From Bacteroidales bacterium (lineage in GTDB: Bacteria > Bacteroidota > Bacteroidia > Bacteroidales > S143-33), in the NCBI GenBank assembly GCA_027031265.1, contig JALVRO010000097.1, positions 1 through 44,314 on the forward strand: a stretch of DNA of 44,314 nt. The letters run 5' to 3'. Below are positions 35,691-44,314 of the stretch, one piece after another (position 1 is the stretch's first letter; the number at the start of each line of letters is the position of its first letter). Below the pieces are notes generated by a model. The model ran no database searches, had not been told where the DNA came from, and worked only from the letters and a program-made list of their open reading frames with translations. A program made the position numbers and the translations under genes.

Positions 35691-36485
35691 CTATCCTTTC
35701 ACAGCCAAAGGACTTTTGATCAAGCCTCTTTGTGTCGAACGCAAAAAATTCAACACTTCTTCCCGCTCAGGCGATGGAGGAAAATTTTTCTCTATCTCCT
35801 CTATAGCATGCTTGAGGTTATATCCTTTGAGGAAAACATAACGGTACATATCCTCTATCATTCTAATCTGCTCATTGGTAAAGCCACGACGACGGAGTCC
35901 CACAGAGTTAACACCCTCGTAAACGACTGGCTCACGGCCAACACGGGAATAGGGAGGTACATCCTTGCGCAGGAGTGCACCGCCCTGTATCATGGCATGC
36001 TTACCAATACGGACAAACTGGTGTACAGCAGCTGTACCTCCGACTATAGCCCAATCATCGACTTCTACCTCACCAGCAAGCTGCACCCCATTAACCAGGA
36101 TAACGTTGTCGTGTATGATACAGTCATGAGCAATGTGTACATAGCCCATTATAAGGCAATTTTTCCCTATCTTTGTGGTACCTTTAGAAACTGTACCACG
36201 ATGCAGGCTTGTCATTTCGCGTATAATGGTATTATCGCCAATCTCAAGTGTTGACTTTTCTCCTTTAAATTTAAGGTCTTGTGGTTCGGCAGATACCACA
36301 GCCCCAGGAAAAATTTTGACATTGTTGCCGATTCTGGCTCCATCAAATATTGTAACATTCGGGCCTATCCAGCAATTATCACCTATTACCACATCAGGAT
36401 AAATTGTTGTGAATGCTTCAACTGTAACATTAGTCCCTAATTTTGCGTCTGGGTGTACATTAGCTAATGGATGAATTTTTGCCAT
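35691..36485 (-). CDS. lpxA: Acyl-ACP--UDP-N-acetylglucosamine O-acyltransferase
   Basis: MAKIHPLANVHPDAKLG start at ATG 36485 (the track start 36491 is TTG). Hexapeptide repeats and a helical C-terminal domain. It lies 2 nt after the lpxC-fabZ stop. Confidence 0.92.
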   Translation of the reverse strand: MAKIHPLANVHPDAKLGTNVTVEAFTTIYPDVVIGDNCWIGPNVTIFDGARIGNNVKIFPGAVVSAEPQDLKFKGEKSTLEIGDNTIIREMTSLHRGTVSKGTTKIGKNCLIMGYVHIAHDCIIHDNVILVNGVQLAGEVEVDDWAIVGGTAAVHQFVRIGKHAMIQGGALLRKDVPPYSRVGREPVVYEGVNSVGLRRRGFTNEQIRMIEDMYRYVFLKGYNLKHAIEEIEKNFPPSPEREEVLNFLRSTQRGLIKSPLAVKG

Positions 36486-36487
36486 AA

Positions 36488-37900
36488 TCAACGGTTTTTT
36501 ACTATTTGAGCTGTAAGCACGCCTTCGACTGCCAATTCGTTACCAACATAAGCACGACCCTGCATAACGACTATACCACGCCTGATTGGTTCGAGCAGTT
36601 GCAGATGCATTATAAGGGTATCGCCAGGGATGACCTTGCGTTTGAACTTAACTTTATCTATTTTAAGGAAATAGCTGGAATAACGCTGTGGATCATCAAC
36701 ATTATTAAGCACAAGCAGTCCTCCTGTCTGTGCCATGGCCTCAATCATCAGCACACCTGGCATTATTGGTTCGTGTGGAAAATGTCCACGGAAAAAATAT
36801 TGGTCATAGGTAATATTCTTAATACCAACTATTTGGGTCTCATCCATATAAACGACTTTATCCACCAAAAGAAAAGGATGATCGTGTGGCAGAAAGGTCT
36901 TTATCTTGTTTATATCCATTATAGGCTCTGCATTCAAATCAAAATCTGGCAAAACACCTTTCAGTTTACGGCGTTTTATCTCCTGGCGTATTTTCTTAGC
37001 AAACTCGACATTTGTTGTGTGGCCAGGCCTTGTTGCCAGGATTTTACCTCTTATAGGCATTCCCACCAGAGCCAGGTCTCCGATCAAATCCAGTAGTTTG
37101 TGACGTGCTGGCTCATTATTAAACAAAAGAATCTCTTCGTTGAGCACTCCACGGTCTTTAGTTAGCTTGATCTTGGGCTTACCCATTTTTTCAGCCAGGG
37201 CATCCAGGCGCTCCTGTGTGACATCTTTCTCGAGTATAATCAGAGCATTTTCAAGAGTACCTCCCTGGATAAGGTTGTTATTAAACAAATATTCCACCTC
37301 GCTGAGCAAAATAAAGGTCTTAGCTGGAGCTATCTGGTCTGCGAATTCATCAAGGTTATTGAGAGTAGCATACTGATGGCCTATGACAGCAGTCTTGTAT
37401 TCGATCATTACATGGACAGATAAATCATCATCGGGGAAGGTAACGATTTCAGCGCCACGCTCCTCATCGGTAAAATCAATAGTATTTTTGATAATAAAAT
37501 ACTGCTTATAGTCGTCCTGCTCAACTGTTCCGACCTTGCGTATTCCCTCAACGTAGTATTTAGCGCTACCATCGAGTATAGGTACTTCAGGTCCATTAAT
37601 TTCGATCAAAGCATTATCTATTTTCATCCCATAAAGAGAGGCCATGAGATGCTCTATAGTACCGACGCGAACGCCGTCTTTTTCTATTGTAGTGCTGCGA
37701 CGTGTATCCACCACATTCTCTGCCACAGCATCTATAACAGGCTGACCTTCAAGGTCTATGCGCTTGAATTTTATTCCATGACCTTCTTCTGCTGGCTTTA
37801 TTGTAATCTTAGACTTTATTCCTGTGTGCACACCAATCCCTTCAAAGGAAATCTCGCCTGCAAGGGTTCTTTGTTTTTCTTTTTTCTTGTGCATAAGCAT
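36488..37900 (-). CDS. lpxC/fabZ: Bifunctional UDP-3-O-acyl-GlcNAc deacetylase / 3-hydroxyacyl-ACP dehydratase (LpxC-FabZ fusion)
   Basis: 470 aa. LpxC part: GIGVHTG, ARHKLLDLIGDLALVG. FabZ part: LPHDHPFLLVDKV, FFRGHFPHEPIMPGVLMIEAMAQ. This fusion is a Bacteroidota hallmark. Confidence 0.95.
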   Translation of the reverse strand: MLMHKKKEKQRTLAGEISFEGIGVHTGIKSKITIKPAEEGHGIKFKRIDLEGQPVIDAVAENVVDTRRSTTIEKDGVRVGTIEHLMASLYGMKIDNALIEINGPEVPILDGSAKYYVEGIRKVGTVEQDDYKQYFIIKNTIDFTDEERGAEIVTFPDDDLSVHVMIEYKTAVIGHQYATLNNLDEFADQIAPAKTFILLSEVEYLFNNNLIQGGTLENALIILEKDVTQERLDALAEKMGKPKIKLTKDRGVLNEEILLFNNEPARHKLLDLIGDLALVGMPIRGKILATRPGHTTNVEFAKKIRQEIKRRKLKGVLPDFDLNAEPIMDINKIKTFLPHDHPFLLVDKVVYMDETQIVGIKNITYDQYFFRGHFPHEPIMPGVLMIEAMAQTGGLLVLNNVDDPQRYSSYFLKIDKVKFKRKVIPGDTLIMHLQLLEPIRRGIVVMQGRAYVGNELAVEGVLTAQIVKNR

Positions 37901-37905
37901 GAGTT

Positions 37906-39018
37906 TTAAGAATTGTAACCGTAAAATTCTTTTATTTTCTGAACCACGTATCTGATTTGTTCTTCTGTAAGCTCAGGATACATAGGCAGAGAGAGAATCT
38001 GCGACTGATAAGCCAAGCCTACGGGGAAATCTTCTGGTTTGTGGTTCAGACGAGCATAAGCTGGTTGTAGTGGTAATATTTTTGGATAATGAATAGCAAC
38101 TGCAATATCATTCTGCTTGAGAAAATCCATTAACTCATCTCTTTGCTGAGCCCTGACTTCGTATACATGGAAAATATGAAATGCATTTGGTCTGACCTTG
38201 GGTGTGGTTATCTCCCGGATATCTTTGAGCAACTCATTATAAAGCATAGCATTTTTGTAGCGCTTCTCGTTCCACTGCTGAATATACTTGAGCTTAACGT
38301 TAAGAATAGCTGCTTGCATTCCATCGAGGCGACTGTTAACGCCCTCTATTAAATGATGATGTTTTTTGAGCGCACCATGACGGGCAAACATTTTCATCTG
38401 CAGGTAAAGGTCCTCATCGTTAGTACCTATACCTCCTGCATCACCATAAGCTCCAAGGTTTTTACCCGGATAAAAACTAAATGTAGCCACATCACCAAAA
38501 GTGCCGACAAATTTATCATTAAAGGTAGCAAAATGTGCCTGCGCACAGTCTTCTATAACATAAAGATTGTGGCGGCGTGCTATTTCAACAATTTTCTCAA
38601 TATTAGCAGGTTGTCCGTATAGATGCACAGGTATAATAGCCTTTGTCCTTTCTGTAATTTTCTCTTCTATCAGGTCTGGGTTAATGTTATAATAATCAGG
38701 CTCTATGTCCACAAATACAGGTGTTGCGCCAGTGAGGCTAATTGTCTCGGCTGTTGATATCCATGTATTGCACACAGTGATAACTTCATCACCTTGCCCT
38801 ATCCCTAAGGCTTTGAGTACTATAAAAATGGCATCTGTTCCATTAGCCACACCAAGGAAGTATTTAAAACCATATTTCTCTGCATAATTTTTCTCGAACT
38901 GCTCGACATACTTACCACCGATAAAGGCAGTATCCCGGATAACAGAGGCAATAGCATTATCAATTTCGGATTTAATATTCTGATATTGAGCGTATAAATC
39001 AACAAAAGGTACTTTCAT
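37906..39018 (-). CDS. DegT/WbpE-like PLP-dependent sugar aminotransferase (3-keto-sugar aminotransferase type)
   Basis: MKVPFVDLYAQY start (ATG 39018; an alternative ATG is at 39039). GTDAI, IEDCAQAH, catalytic Lys in FSFYPGKNLG, and ARHGALKKHHHLIEGVNSRLDGMQAAIL, which closely parallels WbpE ARHGQDRRYHHIRVGVNSRLDTLQAAIL as I recall it. Confidence 0.85.
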   Translation of the reverse strand: MKVPFVDLYAQYQNIKSEIDNAIASVIRDTAFIGGKYVEQFEKNYAEKYGFKYFLGVANGTDAIFIVLKALGIGQGDEVITVCNTWISTAETISLTGATPVFVDIEPDYYNINPDLIEEKITERTKAIIPVHLYGQPANIEKIVEIARRHNLYVIEDCAQAHFATFNDKFVGTFGDVATFSFYPGKNLGAYGDAGGIGTNDEDLYLQMKMFARHGALKKHHHLIEGVNSRLDGMQAAILNVKLKYIQQWNEKRYKNAMLYNELLKDIREITTPKVRPNAFHIFHVYEVRAQQRDELMDFLKQNDIAVAIHYPKILPLQPAYARLNHKPEDFPVGLAYQSQILSLPMYPELTEEQIRYVVQKIKEFYGYNS

Positions 39019-39046
39019 ATTCTCTGAATTTTTTAGCATTTTTTGT

Positions 39047-39541
39047 TTACAAGTCACGAATCTTATGTGCAGGGTTACCTGCATAAATACCAGGTTCTGT
39101 AATATCTTTGGTAACCACTGATCCTGCACCAATTACCACGTTATCACAGATATGCACAGGCAGGATTGTAGCGTTTGTCCCTATAGAAACATTATTACCA
39201 ATTACTGTTTCTTTCCACAAAGAACGGTCACCTCCTGCAGGGCCGCCTTTCTGGAATTTATCATTAATGAACATTGCTCCGTGCGAGATAAAGCAATTAT
39301 CACCAATGGTCACCAGTTCACAAATAAATGCGTGGGATTGTATTTTACAATTCTTTCCAATGGTGACATCCTTCTGTATTTCAACAAACGGTCCAATGAA
39401 AGTATTATCACCTATCTTGCAACCATAAAGGTTAACAGGCTCTACAATACGCACATTCTCACCAAACTCAACGTCCACAATACCGATGGACATTAGCTTT
39501 GGCTGTTGGCCTTTCCATGTATATTTTTTCTCCTGTGCCAT
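39047..39541 (-). CDS. Left-handed beta-helix (hexapeptide-repeat) sugar N-acetyl/acyltransferase
   Basis: 164 aa with imperfect hexapeptide repeats throughout (IGDNTFIGPFVEIQKDVTIGKNCKIQSHAFI..., VIGNNVSIGTNATILPVHICDNVVIGAGSVV). The donor and acceptor cannot be read from the sequence. Confidence 0.75.
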   Translation of the reverse strand: MAQEKKYTWKGQQPKLMSIGIVDVEFGENVRIVEPVNLYGCKIGDNTFIGPFVEIQKDVTIGKNCKIQSHAFICELVTIGDNCFISHGAMFINDKFQKGGPAGGDRSLWKETVIGNNVSIGTNATILPVHICDNVVIGAGSVVTKDITEPGIYAGNPAHKIRDL

Positions 39542-39546
39542 AATTG

Positions 39547-40635
39547 TTAATGATTATTGTTATTAGCATGACCTAGTTTACATTTCTTTGGCTGGAAGCG
39601 CAGGAACACTTCTTTACCAGTCTCCATACTCTCATAAAGAGCAGTAATCAGCTCCAGGCTCTTGCGGCCTTCGAGACCATCTACCAGGGAGCGCGTGTTG
39701 TTCAGAATAGCATGTACCACATCTTCATAATAACGCTTGTGGCCAAAACCATAAACATTGGGAGGATTCTCATTAAACTGCGAACGGATAATATCATCTT
39801 CTGGTAGAGGCTCAGTAAACTCCCAGTGCTCTATACGGTTAACAGCAAATCCGCCTATCACAACAGAGCCTTTTTCTCCAAGTACAGAGATAGAGCCTTC
39901 CATATCCTTAGGACGAGCAGCTGTTGTGGCCTCTATTATACCCAGGGCACCATTCTTAAATGTAACAACAGCAGTAGCTGTATCCTCTGCTTCAATGTCC
40001 ACCAGTGCTGTAATACCCTTAGCAAAGACACTAACCACAGGCCCCATCATCCACTGCAATAGGTCCACATGATGGCTAGCCTGGTTGGCCAACACACCAC
40101 CATCCAGGGCCCAAGTTCCACGCCATGATGCTAGATTGTAGTAATTCTGGTCGCGCATCCAACGAACACGGATAGTGCCCATTACCAGCTTGCCAAAGCG
40201 GCCCTTGTCAATAGCTTCTTTGAGTTTTTGCACAGGAAGATTAAAGCGGTTTTGCTTAACGACAAATAATTTACAGTTGTTTCTATCACATGCTTCTATC
40301 ATTGCGTCGGCATCGTCTAGTGTCAATGCCATGGGTTTTTCGACAATGATGTGCTTGCCATATTTGGAAAGGTTTATAGTGTGACGGGCATGATTACCAC
40401 TCTCGGTGAGGACAGACACAACGTCAATATCTTCTTTTTGCATCATCTCATCCATGTCTGTGTAATAAGGCACATTGTATTTTTCTCCAAAAGAGCGTGC
40501 TTTTTCCTCCACAATATCACATACAGCAACGAGATGTGCATTTTTTATCTGACCAGTACCGAGCAGTTCTGCGTGTTTTTTTGCGATACGTCCACAACCG
40601 ACAAGAGCAAAATTTAAAGCTTTATCAGATGACAT
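39547..40635 (-). CDS. Gfo/Idh/MocA-family NAD(P)-dependent sugar oxidoreductase
   Basis: 362 aa. Rossmann N-terminus FALVGCGRIAKKH, family motif IIVEKPMALT, and a C-terminal alpha/beta domain with GGVLANQASHHVDLLQWMMG. Confidence 0.85.
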   Translation of the reverse strand: MSSDKALNFALVGCGRIAKKHAELLGTGQIKNAHLVAVCDIVEEKARSFGEKYNVPYYTDMDEMMQKEDIDVVSVLTESGNHARHTINLSKYGKHIIVEKPMALTLDDADAMIEACDRNNCKLFVVKQNRFNLPVQKLKEAIDKGRFGKLVMGTIRVRWMRDQNYYNLASWRGTWALDGGVLANQASHHVDLLQWMMGPVVSVFAKGITALVDIEAEDTATAVVTFKNGALGIIEATTAARPKDMEGSISVLGEKGSVVIGGFAVNRIEHWEFTEPLPEDDIIRSQFNENPPNVYGFGHKRYYEDVVHAILNNTRSLVDGLEGRKSLELITALYESMETGKEVFLRFQPKKCKLGHANNNNH

Positions 40636-40636
40636 T

Positions 40637-41671
40637 TTATCTGTTTTTTAGATTTTCGATTTCACGTTTCAGCTGATTGATATCTTCGACGAGTTTATAT
40701 AAACGTTTCGATACAATAAGGTTCTTGAGAAAGTCTTTGTGAGGAACGGCCGGTATACCTCCAATAATCTGATTATCTGCTATGTCTCCAGTAATAGCAG
40801 ATTTTGCCACAATCTTAACATTATTACCCACACGAAGATGTCCAGCAAATCCAGTCTGGCCACCTATCATGCAAAAATCACCAATTTTTGTAGTACCAGC
40901 CAGTCCTGCCTGTGCTGCAATAACAGTATGTTTACCGATCTCCACATTATGTGCAATTTGCACAAGATTATCGAGCTTCACACCCTTTCGAATAATAGTT
41001 GATCCCATTGTAGCACGGTCAATCGTACAATTAGCACCTATTTCCACATCGTCTTCTATAATCACATTACCAATCTGTGCTATTTTTTTAAACGAACCAT
41101 CCTCTCTCTGGGCAAAGCCAAAGCCATCACTACCAATGACTGTACCAGCATGTATTATACAATTACGGCCAATAACGGTATCTGAATAAATTTTCACCCC
41201 AGGATAAATAACAGAGCCAGCGCCTATCTTGACATTCTCACCGATAAACACATTTGGATAGATCTGTACATCATCCTCTATAACGGCATTCTTCGAAATG
41301 TATGAGAAAACTCCGATATAAACACCCCGGCCAATTTTAGCCTTTCTATGCACAAAGGAAGGACGCTCACGTCCACGTCTTTTTTGCTTAGACCGCTGGT
41401 AAAATTCCAGCAAAACAGCCAGGGACTCATAAGCATTATCCACAATAATCAATGTAGGCTTAACATTCCGGTCAGGCACAAGATACCGGCTAATCAATAC
41501 TATTGATGCCTCAGTAGTATCAAGGTATTTTGAATATTTTGGATTAGCCAGGAAAGTAAGTGTACCAGGGCGTGCCTCTTCTATTTTAGAAAATTCGCTT
41601 ACAGTAACGTCTGGATCGCCCTTTATTTCTCCATTAACAATAGATGCTAAAGCCTGCGCAGTATATTCCAT
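40637..41671 (-). CDS. lpxD: UDP-3-O-acylglucosamine N-acyltransferase
   Basis: 344 aa. N-terminal uridine-binding domain (LASIVNGEIKGDPDVTVS...LTFLANPKY), a long hexapeptide-repeat core, and a C-terminal coiled helix. Confidence 0.92.
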   Translation of the reverse strand: MEYTAQALASIVNGEIKGDPDVTVSEFSKIEEARPGTLTFLANPKYSKYLDTTEASIVLISRYLVPDRNVKPTLIIVDNAYESLAVLLEFYQRSKQKRRGRERPSFVHRKAKIGRGVYIGVFSYISKNAVIEDDVQIYPNVFIGENVKIGAGSVIYPGVKIYSDTVIGRNCIIHAGTVIGSDGFGFAQREDGSFKKIAQIGNVIIEDDVEIGANCTIDRATMGSTIIRKGVKLDNLVQIAHNVEIGKHTVIAAQAGLAGTTKIGDFCMIGGQTGFAGHLRVGNNVKIVAKSAITGDIADNQIIGGIPAVPHKDFLKNLIVSKRLYKLVEDINQLKREIENLKNR

Positions 41672-41692
41672 GAGTAAAATTTTTTAACACAG

Positions 41693-41723
41693 CAAATTTA
41701 TAACAGATATGTTTTCTAACAAA
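41693..41723 (-). promoter_or_regulatory. Candidate Bacteroidota sigma-A promoter for the lpxD operon
   Basis: On the minus strand, TTTG (41723..41720), a 19-nt spacer, then TAAATTTG (41700..41693). This matches the TTTG-N19-21-TAnnTTTG consensus. The box ends 21 nt before the lpxD ATG. Confidence 0.45.
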
Positions 41724-41774
41724 TTGTAATGCTATTATTTAGCATAAACACAAAGTAAAACCTTATATATCAAC

Positions 41775-41809
41775 AAATTGGCTATCCACCGATGGTGGAT
41801 AGCCAATTT
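41775..41809 (-). terminator. Intrinsic terminator immediately after the pepA stop
   Basis: aaattggctatccacc / gat / ggtggatagccaattt: a perfect 16-bp stem starting 6 nt after the stop at 41815. On the minus strand the stem itself ends in ttt and is followed directly by gttgat. Confidence 0.7.
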
Positions 41810-41814
41810 AAAAT

Positions 41815-43245
41815 TTATAGTTCCTCCAAAAAGCGTGTCAAAAGTCTAACACCTATACCTGTTGCACCTTTACCAAAATAGACTTTATTATCCGTCAAAT
41901 GTGCATTTGGCGCTATATCCAGGTGTATCCACGGATAATCAGTGAAATTCTCAAGGAATTTAGCAGCTGTGATAAGACCAGCATTTGTCCCACCAATATT
42001 CTTGAGATCTGCGATATCCGAACGCAGCATTTCCCCATATTCATCCCACAGAGGGAAACGAACCAGGCGTTCATACACACGAAAACCTGTGTCCAATAAT
42101 TTCTGCGCTACCTGCTCGTCTGTCTTGGCAAACATAGCCGAAGCATAAGGTCCTACAGCTCGAGCAGCAGAACCTGTGAGGGTCGCCAGATCAATAACTA
42201 GCTGAGGCTCATAACGCTGTGCATAGCTCAAGGCATCGGCTAGTATAAGGCGGCCTTCGGCATCTGTATTACGAATTTCCACTGTCATGCCATTGTGCAT
42301 GGTTAGTACCTCACCCGGAGCATAAGAACGGTCGCTAATAGCGTTATCTGTAGAAGGCACAAGACCAACGACATACAAAGGAAGTTTCAGCTTTGCTACG
42401 GCATACAAAGTTCCAATAACTGCTGCTGCACCTGCCATATCAGTTTTCATGTCCTCAATATAACCCGTAGGTTTGAGGTTCAATCCACCGCTGTCAAAAA
42501 CAATTCCTTTTCCTACCAGTACAATAGGTTTCTCATTTTTAGCATTATCCGGCTTATATGTAAGAATTGAGAAAGTTGGCTCGTATTTACTACCGCGGTT
42601 AACGGCCATCAGACCACCCATACGCAAGGATTCGATCTGTTTGCGATGGAGAACCTCCACGTCAAAACCTGCTTCCTCAGCCAAGGCTTGTATTCTTTCG
42701 GGCAGGTTCTCTGAATTGAGTGCAGGATAAGGCTCATTAACCAGATCACGCACTATAGCCACTGCCTCACTCAGATACACTAATTGCTCAAGCTCATCTT
42801 TCTCAATGCGCTCATCCTCTATTTCTATAGTCGTCAGGGTATTTCGTTTTTTATCCACATCCTTTGTGAAGTACTTGAGATACTGGTAATTAGCCAGAAG
42901 CAGTCCCTCGACAAAAGCCAGAACAACATCTTTGTCCAGTTCCATGGCTTTAACCTGGATAGCCTCGATTTTTTCATCATTAATCCGGGAACAAATTGAC
43001 CTAGCATTTTTGCGGGCCTTGTCCATCAACTTCATAAGGTCATCCTCCCCGGGGAAAAATGAGAGGATTATGTACTTACCAAAATATTTATTAAAGGTAA
43101 TGTTGTGCTTATCTTGAGCCAGGCGCTCACGGGCATAATGTATCTCAGTCTCAGACAGCCCCAGGTCTCTCAAGTCATGTGACCTGGGCAGGAGATAAAC
43201 CACGCTTTTCTTATAATCGAGTGATTCTATCTTGTTCAGTTCCAT
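41815..43245 (-). CDS. pepA: Leucyl aminopeptidase (M17)
   Basis: 476 aa. VGKGIVFDSGGLNLKP, NTDAEGRLILADAL, DLATLTG. Confidence 0.9.
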   Translation of the reverse strand: MELNKIESLDYKKSVVYLLPRSHDLRDLGLSETEIHYARERLAQDKHNITFNKYFGKYIILSFFPGEDDLMKLMDKARKNARSICSRINDEKIEAIQVKAMELDKDVVLAFVEGLLLANYQYLKYFTKDVDKKRNTLTTIEIEDERIEKDELEQLVYLSEAVAIVRDLVNEPYPALNSENLPERIQALAEEAGFDVEVLHRKQIESLRMGGLMAVNRGSKYEPTFSILTYKPDNAKNEKPIVLVGKGIVFDSGGLNLKPTGYIEDMKTDMAGAAAVIGTLYAVAKLKLPLYVVGLVPSTDNAISDRSYAPGEVLTMHNGMTVEIRNTDAEGRLILADALSYAQRYEPQLVIDLATLTGSAARAVGPYASAMFAKTDEQVAQKLLDTGFRVYERLVRFPLWDEYGEMLRSDIADLKNIGGTNAGLITAAKFLENFTDYPWIHLDIAPNAHLTDNKVYFGKGATGIGVRLLTRFLEEL

Positions 43246-43375
43246 AGCCCCAATGTTTTGAAGTTTTTCCCAAAGATAAAGAAATTTATCTTTTAATTAA
43301 TGGGCTGCTATTACAGGTTAATAATCAACAACTTACAAACCCAATATACAATCATTTTCTCAGCCACATATCGAG

Positions 43376-44314
43376 TTAAATAAACTCATATCCTATGTCA
43401 CGTCTAAAATACTTTCCATCAAACTCGATCTTTTCCACATCTTTATAAACTTTTTCCAAGGCCTGTGTTAGCGTCTTACCCAGTGCAGTAAGAGCCATGA
43501 CACGTCCACCGCTTGTCACTATTCCTTTATCTGTAGCCTTTGTACCGGCATGGAAAACAATGCTATTCTCCACTCTATCCAATCCTGTGATCAGCTTTCC
43601 CTTTTCATATTTACCAGGATATCCACCAGAAGCCAAGACCACAGTAGCGGCAGGCATCGGGTCAATATCAATCTCCAGTTCATGAATCCGCTCATGAGCC
43701 GTAGCCTCGATAATATCGAGAAAATCGGTTTTAATGCGAGGCATTACAGCCTGGGTCTCTGGATCACCCATTCTCACATTATACTCCAGGACAAAAGGCT
43801 CTCCCTCCACCATCATCAGGCCAAAATACAGAAAGCCACGATAAAACAGACCTTCACGTCTCAATCCAGCCATGGTTGGGCGAATTATGCGGTCCTCTAC
43901 TTTGTGCATAAATGATTCATCAGCCCACGGCATGGGCGATACAGCGCCCATGCCGCCAGTATTAGGGCCAGTATCGCCCTCGCCTACACGTTTATAATCC
44001 TTGGATGTTGGCAAAATCTTATAATTCTTACCATCTGTAATAATGAATACAGACAGCTCTGTTCCTTTCAAAAATTGCTCAATGACCACGGTCTCTCCTG
44101 CCTGCCCAAAGCGTCCTTCGAACATTTTTTTGAGCTCAGCCCTGGCCTGCTGCAAATCATTGACTATGACCACACCCTTACCTGCAGCCAGTCCACTGGC
44201 TTTCAAAACATAAGGAGGCTCTAATGTAGCAAGAAAATCATAAGCCTCCTGCTGCTGGGAAGCAGTAAAACTGCGATAAGGAGCTGTAGGAATAGCGTAT
44301 TTGTGCATAAAAGC
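43376..44314 (-). CDS. purD: Phosphoribosylamine--glycine ligase; the N-terminal ~110 aa lie outside the window
   Basis: The frame is open to the window edge (..AFMHKYAIPTAPYRSFT parallels E. coli DFLARHKIPTAEYQNFT), so the Met at 44308 is internal. GLAAGKGV, GDTGPNTGGMGA, FLYFGLM. Confidence 0.93.
   Translation of the reverse strand, partial: AFMHKYAIPTAPYRSFTASQQQEAYDFLATLEPPYVLKASGLAAGKGVVIVNDLQQARAELKKMFEGRFGQAGETVVIEQFLKGTELSVFIITDGKNYKILPTSKDYKRVGEGDTGPNTGGMGAVSPMPWADESFMHKVEDRIIRPTMAGLRREGLFYRGFLYFGLMMVEGEPFVLEYNVRMGDPETQAVMPRIKTDFLDIIEATAHERIHELEIDIDPMPAATVVLASGGYPGKYEKGKLITGLDRVENSIVFHAGTKATDKGIVTSGGRVMALTALGKTLTQALEKVYKDVEKIEFDGKYFRRDIGYEFI

Noticed and set aside
35679-37096. 191-aa and 196-aa plus-strand ORFs antisense to lpxA and lpxC-fabZ
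   Set aside because: The opposite strand encodes unmistakable LpxA and LpxC-FabZ sequence, and hexapeptide-repeat genes commonly leave long open antisense frames. Similar antisense ORFs were dismissed for the same reason at 7274..7624, 39108..39496, 39758..40072 and 40782..41189.
39019-39132. N-terminal extension of the aminotransferase ORF overlapping the acetyltransferase 3' end
   Set aside because: The extension (MVQDQWLPKILQNLVFMQVTLHIRFVTCKQK..) has no counterpart in the DegT family. The conserved MKVPFVDL start is at 39018, with an alternative ATG at 39039.
43272-43293. AT-only hairpin aaagataa/ttatcttt between purD and pepA as a terminator
   Set aside because: The 8-bp all-A/T stem would be very weak, it has no U-tract on the relevant strand, and it overlaps a possible pepA -7 box (CAAAGATA reverse). 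It is left uncalled.
1-44314. CRISPR arrays, tRNA/rRNA genes, transposases, integrases, toxin-antitoxin pairs and other canonical defence genes
   Set aside because: Scanning by eye found no regularly spaced direct repeats and no T-loop-like GGTTCGAAT-type tRNA signatures in intergenic DNA. All spacers are 317 nt or shorter, and no ORF has recombinase, transposase or nuclease-NTPase defence motifs. I cannot exclude small elements that need computational search.

Overview
Gene-dense, AT-rich chromosomal segment, mostly transcribed on the minus strand. It is almost certainly from a member of the Bacteroidota: it has a fused lpxC-fabZ, the T9SS translocon gene sprA next to a cargo protein with a T9SS C-terminal sorting domain, an XrtF-type exosortase, and TAnnTTTG-type -7 boxes. 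I support 36 protein-coding features, mostly housekeeping: ruvA, thyA, dtd, pdxA, tsaC, hflX, pepE, tyrS, pabABC, lpxA, lpxC-fabZ, lpxD, pepA and purD. sprA (>2400 codons, 1..7238 minus) is absent from the supplied ORF track because it has no stop inside the window. The track also uses GTG/TTG starts, so I trimmed several 5' ends to the first sensible ATG. By eye I found no tRNA, rRNA, CRISPR array, transposase, integrase or obvious prophage or defence genes. The items most worth a second look are: (1) an oxidoreductase / beta-helix acyltransferase / aminotransferase trio inserted inside the lpxD - lpxC-fabZ - lpxA lipid A operon; (2) a 740-aa multidomain membrane protein (degenerate Mrr-like nuclease fold, acidic linker, TPR/coiled coil, TM helix, WG repeat) whose stop overlaps the pabA start; (3) a divergent neighbouring cluster holding a DegT-family paralog that has lost both PLP-anchoring residues, a 6-TM protein and an unassignable GTG-initiated ORF; (4) a sigma-54 response regulator broken by a frameshift beside an intact sensor kinase; (5) PdxA carrying a ~155-aa disordered tail; (6) structured intergenic inverted repeats. 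All functional calls rest on motif recognition from memory. No database search was possible.
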